DNA from: Azolla caroliniana
Taxonomy: Eukaryota; Plantae; Polypodiophyta
DNA: 64,000 nucleotides
Direction of reading: 5' to 3'
NCBI GenBank assembly: GCA_043228905.1
Contig: JBHGNT010000010.1
Span: 7,936,001-8,000,000 of the forward strand
Shown here piece after piece: positions 37,301-48,900 of the stretch (positions within the stretch are counted from its first letter, which is position 1; the number at the start of each line of letters is the position of its first letter). Made by a program: the position numbers and the translations under genes. The notes beneath the pieces are model-generated. The model did no database searches, was not told the DNA's origin, and worked only from the letters and a program-made list of their open reading frames with translations.

Positions 37301-38360
37301 TGTAAAAATGTGTGAATAATAGGGGTGCCTTTATGGCGCTGAGTAGGAGACAAGTCGAGACAGAGAATCCCATGTATCACGGGATTTATCCCACATGATC
37401 ACGCGGCCCTCACCTTGTTCTATAAAAGGGAGGGCACGCTTCTTGTACAAGGTTCCCCACCCGTTGGGTCCCAAATAGTTTTGAGGTTCCATAGGTTCCA
37501 TTTTTGGGGTTAATAAACTTCTATGTATAACGTCTATTTCTTTCTTCTCTCCATCTTGGTGTGAGTGTTGTCTCTATTTTTCTGTTAGGTTTTCGGTGTC
37601 TTCTGTGTGCGTGCGTAGGTGGTGTGTTCGGTTGTGGCAGGCGGCGTGCAGACAGTCTGTGCTTTTCTTGAGTTCCTGCTCGTTGGCTCTCAGCACTCCG
37701 CGGTGTGGCATGTCTGTGTCTGTGTGTGCGTGGGTGTTGGCTTCTGTCGCTTGTGACGAGCCCGCGCACTAGGTGGTTCATTAGCAGGTATCCCTCCTTG
37801 GCGCGCAAGACCCAACTCGATTCAGCGAACCCGTGCACTCCCCTGAAGGTGGCTTGGCGACATGAGGCGATCGTTCTGGAAGAGGCATGCCCTCCACGAG
37901 GGTCTCGTGGCGCGAACGAGCCTGAGAGCTCCCCGACCGGACCTAGGATGCAAGCTCCCTCTTCCCCTCCGTGTGGAACTGGTGCCGTAGTGAGCATCGC
38001 GCGTGCGTGCATGTGTCTCCGGCTAGCGTAGGGTCCGAGAGTGGGTGCGTGTGTGGTCGCCGGTGTAGAGCTGCCGGTCGTAACCGAGTGTGTATATGTG
38101 TGTGTGCAGTTTAACCGGGCCATGTCTTGTGCCTCTTTTGGGCCCCTTGTACATACAAGCGAAAGGGGCGACAAGGACGAGGGCACACTGTCTCGCTTCC
38201 CGTGCGGTTACCGGTCGCATCCGGAGAGTATCTAAGATCGAACCGGCCGGCAATGCGACAAGCTCCGGAGGATTCAAGTCCCCGACAACTCCTCCCCTCC
38301 TGGTCCATGACCCTGGTGGTCCCGCTCGGATCCGACATGCAAGTGCGGATTGTCGTGACG
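37301..38360 (+). mobile_element. Unassigned LTR-like non-coding segment
   Basis: Starts TGTAA at a sharp junction; CTATAAAAGG at about 37420; AATAAA at about 37512; long GC/GT-rich tail; no partner in the window. Confidence 0.45.
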
Positions 38361-40018
38361 ACGGGCTGGCCAAGAGAATGAACTAGACCATAATGGAGAG
38401 AGTCTAGAGTATGCTTGCACATGCCAAGCTATCCAAGATGTTTTGGGTTGACGTGTTGATGACAACGACGCACGTGATAAACATATCGCCCTCGACACCC
38501 TTGGACGGAGATGTACCACAAAGAGTGTGGACCGACAAAGACATTTCATACAAACATCTGAAGTTGTTCGGTTGTCTTGCCTATGTGCATATCGCAAAGG
38601 ATAAACAGGGAAAACTAGACCCGAAAACTCAACCATGCATATTCCTTGGATATGACGACGATGAATTCAGCTACTGACTATGGGACTTAGTCGACAAGAA
38701 GGTCACTCAGAGCCGAGACATAGTCTTCATGGAGAAGAAGACTATTGTTGATTGGGAGTCAGAGAAGAACACATTCCCCTCAACAGTCGGAAGTCGACAT
38801 CCGACTGAAGAGCATGGAGAGTCGATCAAATTCGGATCGACAGTCGGAAGTCAGTCGGGAGTCAGATTAGGTCAAGGAACCGGAACGATCGAAGGACTGG
38901 CACCGAAACCAGACAAGACCCCGAATCGAATTTGGATGAAGAACCAATTGAAGACTCGGTGACCGAAAACCAAGGGAGAAGATACCCTCTTAGAGAGAGA
39001 AGACCCCCCCAAGAGATTTCCGGACGAAGAGCATGTCTTGCTGACCGACAAGGAGGAACCGGAGAGCTTCGAAGAAGCAAAGAAAGACACTCACTGTTGT
39101 AAGAGGTTAAGTGTCATGCAGGATGAGATGGACTCCCTGCATGAGAACCACACATATGAATTGACGGAGCTACCGAAAGGAAAGAAGGTACTCTGGAACA
39201 AGTGGGTGTACAAGTTGAAACCGAGAGTCCGCATTGTGATGAAGGGATTCCAGTAGAAGAAAAGAGTGGATTTCAACGAGATCTTTGCCCTGATAGTGAA
39301 GATGACATCCATCCAGACTGTTTTGAGAATAACAGCAAGCATGGACCTCGAGGTTGAACAATTAGATGTCAAGTTTGCATTCTTGCACGGGGACCTTGAG
39401 GAGGAGATCTACATGTAGTAGACGGAAGGATTCATCAAGAAAGGGAAGGAGAACCTAGTGTGCTTATAGAAGAGCTTATACGGATTGAAGCAACCTCCCC
39501 GACAATGGTACTGGAAGTTAGACTCCTTCATGACCAACCAAGGATACCACAAGATGTAGGCCGGCCATTGCATGTTCGTGAAAAATTTGACGAAGGAGAT
39601 TTTCTAATACTTCTACTATGCATGGACGACATGTTGATCGTCGGACGAGACCGTATCAAAATCAAGATACTGAAGAAGGCCTTGAGCAGGTCCTTCTCAA
39701 TGAAATATATGGGTTCAGTGAGACAGATCTCAGGGATGCACATAGTCTAGGACCGGATGAAGAAGCCATTGTGGCTGTCACAGGAGAAGTACGTGACGAA
39801 GGTGCTCCAAAGGTTCAACAAGGCGGATGAGAGGCCGGTCAGGTTGACACTTTCGGCAAACTGTAAGCTGTCTGGGAAACAAAGGTTGAAGACAAAGATG
39901 GAGAAAGTTGAGATGATGAAGGTACCTTATGCCTCAACGGTCGAGAGTCTAATGTACGCAATGTTGTGCACTTGGCCAGACATCGGATATGCATCGGAGT
40001 TGTCAGCCGGTTCATGAG
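38361..40018 (+). pseudogene. Heavily degenerate family C-like Copia integrase-RT
   Basis: Collinear with about 48405-50097, with many C>T/G>A changes, stops and frameshifts. Confidence 0.88.
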
Positions 40019-40272
40019 TGTTGAGTGGACAACCTCAACCGGATCTGGATCAACTGAATAAGCCAAAGCCGGATCGGAGTTCGGATCAAAGAACTGAATC
40101 GGTGTTTGGATCGGTATTTGGAACCAGGAGCTGAATCAGAGAGCCGGATTGTAATCTGTATCAGTATTAACCGATAGGCCATTAGAGGCCTACGAAATCT
40201 AGCCTAGTATGTAGGCATATGGGAGTCTATGTTAGCCGTTCTTCTGAGCATTGAAGTACATATCAGTACTTT
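40019..40272 (+). repeat. Partial LTR of Copia family D
   Basis: tgttgagtggacaacctcaaccggatc... is homologous to the reverse complement of about 53448-53200. Confidence 0.75.
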
Positions 40273-41167
40273 TGTCACATGAGCCTTCCTCTAGACTTCA
40301 ACTTGGATTTGGACTTGTCCCTGTTTTGAGGACCTCTCTGTCTGCCCCTTCCTCTATTAGAGTCACCTTCTATGAATAGGGCCCTATATTTGAGTTGGAC
40401 TCTTTATCCTTCCATCGAGCTTCTCGATTGAGCAAACTAGACTTCAACATGTCTAGTGTCAGGTGTTTCCCTTGTGGTATTGAGTTACCCAAAGTCACCA
40501 CAAGCAATTCCCAGTTGTCTGGGAGAAAGCCTAGCAACAACAAGGTTAATACCACATCAACTAGAGGCACTTCTAAGGAAGTGGTTTGATTGATGAGCCC
40601 TTGAAAAGCATTCAGGTGCTCAACCATGCTTGAGCCATCCTGATATCTCAGTCTCACTATCTTCCTAAAGACAGAGACTCTATTTAGGGCATTCTTCATC
40701 TCAAACATAGTCCATATCTTCTTCCACAAGACATATGCTTCTCTCTCATTATTGAAGTTTTTGTATGGACTCATGTCTATTAAACACTGTATATATGCAG
40801 TTGCCTTAGAGATGCATGGCTTCCCAAATCAAATCATCTATTTTGTCAGGTTTGTCCTTGCCATATTGTACTAGTAACCACAAGTCTTTACACACTAACA
40901 TGTCTCTCATTTTCAACTTCCAAATTGAATAATTTGGGCTGGACAACTTGAACATCCCACTGAGGGATTCATCCATATTCCACAACTTGGGGAGGTTATA
41001 AACCTCGGCTCTGATACCAATTTATTGTGAATATGGGGCCGACCACAACATTAAAGAAGAGTGTATACAAGAACACAACCTTGTGCAAACCTTCGTTTAT
41101 CTTAGTAGAAGACCATTACATAGAAGCAACAAAGAGAGTCACAAAGCACTAGACCTAGTTACAATGC
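40273..41167 (-). mobile_element. 5' fragment of another Copia (LTR remnant, iMet PBS at about 41008-41019, gag)
   Basis: TGGTATCAGAGC on the minus strand; gag KNALNRVSVFRKIVRLRY...LPDNWE. Confidence 0.82.
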
Positions 41168-41609
41168 AGCAGTCGATCTGTAGTGATCGAACTCGAGCCT
41201 CAACACACTCTAAAATTCAACATATTTTACCTCTAAAGTATGTATTCTAAGTACTAAATTTAGAATCCTTAGCATACGTTCGTATTCTACGCGTATTGTA
41301 TGCTAAATATTATACAAAGCAGTCGACTTGTAGTGATTAAACTCGAGCCTCGACACACTCTAAAATTCAACGTATTTTACCTCTAAAATATGTATTCTAA
41401 GCACTAAACTTAGAATCCTTAGCATACGTTCGTATTCTACGCGTATTGTATGCTAAATATTATACAAAGCAGTCGATCTGTAATGATCGAACTCGAGCCT
41501 CGACACACTCTAAAAGTCAACGTATTTTACCTCTAAAATATGTATTCTAAGTACTAAACTTAGAATCCTAAGCATACGTTTTGTATTCTACGCGTATTGT
41601 ATGCTAAAT
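41168..41609. repeat. Three-copy 150-bp tandem repeat
   Basis: agcagtcga... units start at 41168, 41318 and 41468 and are near identical. Confidence 0.92.
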
Positions 41610-44600
41610 GTGTGAGCGGCAAAATAAGCTGTGAATAGTCATGTATAAACTTGCGATAGAAGTTTGAGAATCCTAGAAAGCATCACACATTTGACAATGA
41701 ACGTGGAGTCTGCCACTCCAACACAGTTTGGACGTTAGTTGGATCCATAGAGATGCCTTCCGATGAAATGACATAGCCTAGAAATTCCACATGGTTACAG
41801 TCAAAGCTACACTTTTCAGGCTTTGCATAAAGACCATGTTCTCGTAGTCGCCTTAGTACTAATAGTACATGAGAATCATGCTCCTCTTGTGTCTTTGAAT
41901 AAACTAGTAGATCATCCAAGTATATGATCAAACAGATGTCCAAAAGATCTCGGAATATATCATTTGCCATGTGCTGGAAAATTGTTGGCGCATTGGTGAG
42001 GCCGAATGGCATAACCATATACTCGAAGTGCCCATATCGGGTGTGGAAAGTTGTCCTCCATTCGTCTCCCGATCGAATCTGTACAAGGTTATATGCTCCT
42101 CGTAAGTCGATTTTATTAAAAACCTTTGCGCCATTAATTCTTTCTAAAAGACTTGAGATTAGGGGAAGTGCATACCTATTCTTGATGGTGACCTTATTCA
42201 AGGCACGGTAATCCACAACTAGACGAAGTGATCCATCTTTTTTCTTGACAAAGAAAATAGGTGCGCCAGTTGGAGATTTCGAATGTCGGATGAACCCGTT
42301 TGCCAAAATTTCCTCTATGTAGGCTCGAAGAACTTCAAGTTCAATTTGTGACAAGTTGTAGATCGGTCCCCACGATGGCTCTTTTCAGGGTTGTAAGTCA
42401 ATGGAACAATCATATGGTCGATGATGAGGAAGAGTACTAGCTTTTACCTTATAAAAAATGTCAGTGTAATGATGATACTTCTTTGGAAGTTGAATTGTTG
42501 ACTCCTTAGCGGTGTTGGAAGGTTTCACTGATACTGCGAATATAAAAATTGCTTCCTTGCATCTTCCCTCATGCAATTGATGTAGCGAAATTGTTGAAAT
42601 CTTATGAGTAGATCCTTGAGGTTGTTGATACTTGATTTCTCTTGTTCTCCAATCTACGTCCGGATTGTGTAATTTGAACTATGGTAACCCCAAAACAATT
42701 GGATGCTCTGGACTACTAATTATATTAAATGATACTAAACATGCCAAATTATTTAGGACAACATTAATCGGCTCTGAATCTTCTATGATATTTCCAGAAG
42801 TAATGGGGCGACCATCAACGACTACTACAAAAGCTGGGCAAGGGAGTTTTCTTAGGGATATCTGATGAGCTTAGGCAAAATTCTTATCCATGAAGCAAGA
42901 ATTGGCTCCGAAATCTAGGAGTGCTAAGACATGTACTAGAGAATTACTTTTAGTACTAATTGTTACTTGAGCTAGGAAGTAGCAATGGGCCCGGTTCGGT
43001 TTCGGTTTCTTGGCCTTGAAACCAAACCAAACCATTTATTAATAATAAAAACCGAACCAAACTGTTTTAAAATTTATGAAGCCATTTAAACCGAACTGTT
43101 TAGAGCCGAACCGTCAAACCAAACCGTTTAAGAAAAATTTAAAACCAAACCAAACCAGTTTATCATAAATCCAAACCAAACCAAACAAAACCATTTTTTA
43201 TTGATATTAATCATTATACTTATTATAAATTTGTGTGAGAAAATCATCATACTCATCATAAAATTTGTCATCATACTTATCATAAAATTTGTCATCATAC
43301 TTATCATAATTGATCATCATAAATGAAAAAGAGACTCTACGTATAATGCATATAAAATTTAATAAGTTAAAACAAGAGTTTAAAATTAAAAGTTAAAAGT
43401 TAAGAGCCTATAGAAAATATTTATGAGTATTTTTTAACCTATAAACCTTTAAACCGAACCACATACACAGAAACCGCAAAACCGGTCAATTCAAAACCGA
43501 ATCGAACCGAAACCGATTAGTAACATTTGAAACCAAACCAAACCGTTTATTTATCTTTGAACTTATAAACCGTTAAGCCACGGTTTTTCGGTTCGGTTCG
43601 GTTCGAGCCGAAACCGGGCCCATTGCTATTAGGAAGACATTGCTAACTTGTTTAGAGGGAATGGAACCACTAATGGGTTGCACAGATCTAGGACTATTGA
43701 ACCAAACGACTCCTATTTTGGCTGGACTTAGTCGTTTAACTCTTCTTCTAATTGACGAAAGACTTCAAATTTGTTTAATAGGCTTGGGCTATTAGGATTA
43801 TTTGACACTCCTAATGAAATAGACTAAGGTTTAATACTGTTAGTACTAGCGGATATTTGATTTACCTATCTTCTTAGCCTATGAAGACAATTGACTGCAA
43901 TATGCCTCGGTCCACCACAATAAAGACAGAGTCGATTTGCTCGACGTCGTTGCTTTTCCTCTTTCGATAATGGTCCGCGACGAAGTGTGGTGTCGATTTC
44001 CATCGGGGTTGGAGTATTTGCTAGAGAAGCCTTATATGACTCTCTTGGAAAAGGTTTTGCTACAATTGAGGCATAGGTGGGCTTTAACCTTGTTCTTGCC
44101 ATCTGGAACTGACATTTCGAACGTCATTCGAAAAGGCGGTTATCGCATCGTACTGCTCGACTAGTTGCTTCTGTAAGCGACTTTGGTTCTTTGGGGAAGG
44201 TCAAGAGTAAATCCTTGACATCATTACGTAGGCCATAGCGAAATTGTGCCATCAATGCTTGGTCATCGTAGGGAATATTAGTGGCGAGAGGACGAAAATC
44301 CGCGACATAAGCTGAGGCCGACTGATCACCTTGACACATTCTTCGGATTTTGTTGATTGCCGTCCTAATGCTATCGGTATCTCCAAAACATTCTTTAAAC
44401 TCACTAATAAACTCCTCAAAATTATTTAACAAAGGAGAGTCTTTTTCTAACAAAGGGGCGAATCATGCCAAAGATGTGCCACTAAGTAGCGTGCCTACTA
44501 GTCCCACTTGTGATGCATCGGTGGGATATCGAGAAGGATGCATTTGAATCACCAAATGTACTTGATTAAGAAATCCTCTAAACTGTGATCGCGTTCCCTC

Positions 44601-45339
44601 GAATTTCATAGGAAGAACGATCTTGGGTTCCTTGGGAGTCCCTTGAGTGCTTGGTCCATGTTGTTGTAATGACACAATAGTTGCTTCAAGTTGTTGCACG
44701 ATAACGTCAGCTCCCCATGTTGTTGTTGTTTTTATAGAGCTATTTGTTGAAGATCCCCCAACAAACGATGATTTTCTTGTTCTAGTGCTACAAACGTTTC
44801 TTTTAAGCACTGGAGCTCTGAGAAAACGGATTGATATTCTTGAGCGCTAATAGTTGGCATTTAGTATTGGAGGAAGGAAGGATAAGAGAATTATATGAAG
44901 GGAAGAAGGGATAAGAAGATAGGAAATTCGGTTCAAACTATGAGAGATAGTACTAGAGGCAAGGAGAATTAGTATTAAAGATAGAGGAGAAGAATGAGGA
45001 TTAGTACTATGAAGGGAAAGAGTGTGTGAGAATCACAAGAGGGGAAGAGAGAGAGAGAGTAGAGAGAGTAGAGAGAGAATGATGGCTTAAGACTGGCGTT
45101 GAAGCGAATTGGTTCTAAATAATGCCATGTGGCTCTATTTATAGTACTCTCAGGAGTATTCCTGAAGTTTCTAGAATGTTCTAGAGTAATCTGGAATATA
45201 CATGAATTTCCTATGGTGAAATAATAAATGAAATATCTTTTGTATTACAATGCATGGTTTAATGATAAGGGTTCAACTCATGTAACACAAGATCATGGGT
45301 TCGAATCCTTTTGGAGCTATACCATGCCATATCATGACA
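41610..45339 (-). mobile_element. 3'-truncated chromovirus (family B relative, B'): 5' LTR 45339-44939, gag, protease, RT
   Basis: Minus-strand LTR begins tgtcatgatatggc like B; gag, PR and RT (YLDD) are collinear with 15657-18260. Confidence 0.9.
42980..43628 (-). mobile_element. hAT-type MITE inserted in the B' pol upstream of the protease
   Basis: TIR TAGCAATGGGCCCGGTT/AACCGGGCCCATTGCTA; 8-bp TSD ctaggaag/ttaggaag; the empty site is visible in B at about 16905-16920. Confidence 0.92.
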
Positions 45340-45953
45340 CCCACCGACAGCCGATCGACTTCACTCCTTTCGGTACATCAACCAAGTCCCACGTCTCATT
45401 TTCCATGAGCGCGTGCATCTCCTCCTCCATGGCCTTCTGCCAATTCGGGTCCTTAGTCGCTTCTGCGTAGCTCTCCGACTCACGCACGACGGCCACCTTC
45501 GCCATGTACGCATAATGATGCGCCATATATACTTGTACCGAACTCTTAGGATAATGACCGGCCACAACCGATTTCACTCCGAATGTTCGGGTGCAAAGAT
45601 CTCGAAAGGTAGTGCATAGACAAAAAATGGGAAGGCAGAAAACACAAGTACTGAGACACAAGATCTTTTACGTGGAAAACCCTAATGGGAAAAACCACGA
45701 GGGTCCACAAACCCAAAGAAACAGAATCACCAAGAATGAGGGAGGAATACAAGAAGACTTAGAGGCAACAACCTCGAGCTCATCTTAGTCAAAATGACGG
45801 CTGTAGAGTTACTCACAGTCTTACACACACACTCTCTCACCTACTAGTTACAGAGGCAACTACCTTCTCTAACTATACAACAATGATCAACTCTACTTTT
45901 AAAGTTTTTGCCCTAGTTGTTTATATACTAAAACAACTTTCTGCTATTTACAA
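45340..45953 (-). mobile_element. Copia RT-start fragment fused to a C-like LTR fragment, which continues at 51302-51330
   Basis: YAEATKDPNWQKAMEEEM...NETWDLV; LTR motifs gggttttccacgt and tgtaaatagc on the minus strand. Confidence 0.7.
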
Positions 45954-45958
45954 GTATA

Positions 45959-48900
45959 TGTTGGGATTACGGTCCCTTCGGATGGGATGGTCGGATGTCG
46001 GAGATGAATGCCGACGAGCCCGGTTTCGGTTTCGGAACCGGATGATGAAGACCCCGGCTTCGGAGCCGGATGACGAATGTACCCGGAGAGCGATCCGGAT
46101 GCAGGGACATATCCGTGAATATGTTTGCTATGGGCCCCTGAGGCTATAGTTGTAAATAGCCCCAAAGTCATATATGTATAAATATGACTTAGGGCAAACT
46201 GTTTTAGTGTTGCTGATCATTTTTCTGTTTTTCCACTCAAGAGGAGTGAAGAGGGAGCAGCCGTGAGAGAGAGAGAGAGATAGAGCGTGAGAGAGGAAGA
46301 GGACGACGCCTCTGTGTATTTCCGCCGCCTGTGGCGAGGACAGCGAGCTCAAGGTCGTCGCCTTGCAGCTCGCCATTGTATACTTCTCTTTGTATAGTGT
46401 TGGTTTGGAGTCTTGTACTCCCGTGGTTTTTTTCCCATCTAGGGTTTTCCACGTTAATCCCTGTGTATTCGTGTGTTTCTCTCTGTGGTTCCTATTTTCT
46501 GCTGCATTGATTCGCGATTACTTGGTTGTGGCCGAGTGGTGAAGGTGAATCGAAGCGTCGATTCCCAACAAACTGGTATCAGAGCGAGCTGCTGCAGAAA
46601 ATGGAAGGCGGCGGCAGCGGGCAGCCGGGGATGATGGTGCTGAATGCGCAGAATTACGCCGACTGGAAGATCAAGATGGAGGATCTTCTGATTGTTCGGG
46701 ACCTGTACGAACCGATTGACAGGTCGGAAATACCGAAGGGGGTACTTGAGTCGGAATGGAGGCTTCTGAACCGGAAAGCCGTTGCAACCATTCGGCAATA
46801 CGTCGACGTGAGCGTTCTACAACATGTGGCGAACGACACCAACGCATATGAGATGTGGCGGAAGCTGTCGGGCCTCTATGAGAGGAAGAATGCGTTGAAC
46901 CGGACCTCCCTGATGAGGAAGATAGTGAATCTCAAGTACCGGGACGACGAGAGTATGGTGGAACACGTAAGCACGTTCATGGGATTCGTGAATCAGCTTG
47001 CGGCGATCAAGTTCCCGTTGGAGGATGCAATGCAAGCCATCATCCTGATGTGTACATTGCCGGAAAGCTGGGAGAACTTGGTGGTGACTCTCAGCACCTC
47101 CTGCACCGAAGATAACTTGTCCTTACAAACGGTAAAGACAAGTATTTTGAACGAAGAAGCGCGTCGGAGAGATAAAGAACCGGCCTTCGACTCGAAGGCG
47201 CTGCTTACCGAATCGGATCGGGGAAGACAATGGAACCGGAGTCCGCAAAGACGGGAGAAGTCGGGGACCCGGTCGCAGTCAAGAGGAAGGCCCACATGCT
47301 TCCACTGTGGGAAGCCGGGGCACTTCCGAAAGAATTGTCGGCATTACCGAAAAGACAACGGAGCCGACGACACCGATTCGAAGAAGTCACCGGAGAGAAA
47401 CGGTGCATACCGGGGAGCCACGGACCGGAGAGGTTCGGATCGGCGAGGGCAGGACCGGAAAGGAACAACGGCACTCGCGGCAAGTGAGGAAGAAATCATG
47501 CTCATCACCGAAGAAGGTGAACTAAACATTGCCGGCGATGAGACGACCTGGGTGGTCGATTCCGGAGCATCGTTCCACCTGACCCCGGAGAGAAGATACT
47601 TCTCATCCTACACAACCGGTGAGCATGGCTGTGTTCGGATGGGAAATGAAGGTACGTGCCGGATTGCCGGCATAGGAGACGTGTGGTTGACAACCCCGAC
47701 CGGATGCAAAATGCTGCTGAAGGATGTCCGACACGTTCCGGAGGTTCGATTGAACCTGATTTCGGCCGGGAGGCTAGACGATGAAGGCTACACAGGTAGC
47801 ATCCGGAACGACGTAATGAAGTTCAGCAAGGGGAGCCTGATAGTGGCTCGGGCCCGGAAAGACAACACACTGTACCTGATGAATGCCCGGTTATGTCCTG
47901 AAGAGCTGAATGTGGCAGCCGACACTGCCGGTGAGCTGTGGCACAAAAGACTGTGTCACATGAGTGAGAAGGGGATGAAGAGGCTTGCAGAAGACAACCT
48001 TATTCCAGTGAAGCATGTGCACCTGGAGAAGTGCACCGATTGCCTGGCCGGTAAGCAGAACCGAACCTCCTTCCACTCAAGGCCACCGACGAGACGTAGC
48101 GCACCATTGGAGTTGGTGCACACTGATGTGTGTCAGGTAGAAACGAAGTCACATGGCGGAGCCCAGTACTTCGTAACATTCATTGATGATCACAGCCGGA
48201 AGCTGTGGACGGCACCGCTGAAGACAAAGGACCAAGTGTTGTGCGTCTTCAAAGAACTCCACGCGAGAGTGGAAAGGGAATCCGGCAAGAAGCTGAAAGC
48301 GATACGAGCGGATAACGGAGGGGAATACCGGGGGCAGTTCCAGGAGTACTGTCGCTCGAAGGGAATCCGGCTCGAGTTTACTGTGCCGAAGACGCCAGAA
48401 CTGAACGGGCTGGCCGAGAGGATGAACCGGACCATAATGGAGAGGGTCCGGAGTATGCTGGCCCATGCGAAATTACCCAAGGGGTTTTGGGCTGAGGCAA
48501 TGTCGACGGCGACATACGTGATAAACAGATCACCCTCAGTACCTTTGGACGGAGACACGCCGCAGAAAGTGTGGACCGGTAAGGAAGTGTCCTACCAGCA
48601 TCTGAAGGTGTTCGGGTGTCTCGCATACGTGCATGTGGCAAAGGACCAGAGAGGAAAGCTAGATCCAAAGACCCGGCCATGCATATTCCTCGGTTACGGC
48701 GACGACGAGTTCGGCTACCGAGTATGGGACCCGGTCGACAAGAAGATATTCAGGAGTCGAGACATCATCTTCATGGAGGACAAGACACTCGCCGACTGGG
48801 AATCGGAGAAGAAGATGAAGAGCTCCAAGTCGACCGGTGAGGATCAACTCTACGAGGAGCAGTCCCGACCGGTAAGGGACCGGTTAGCACTCGAGGATCC

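Noticed and set aside
37521-38186. 221-aa minus-strand ORF
   Set aside because: Low-complexity product of GT/GC-rich non-coding sequence with no domain motifs.
46526-46600. ORF-track N-terminal extension of the Copia polyprotein
   Set aside because: Starts at a GTG inside the LTR and crosses the PBS; the first ATG is at 46601.
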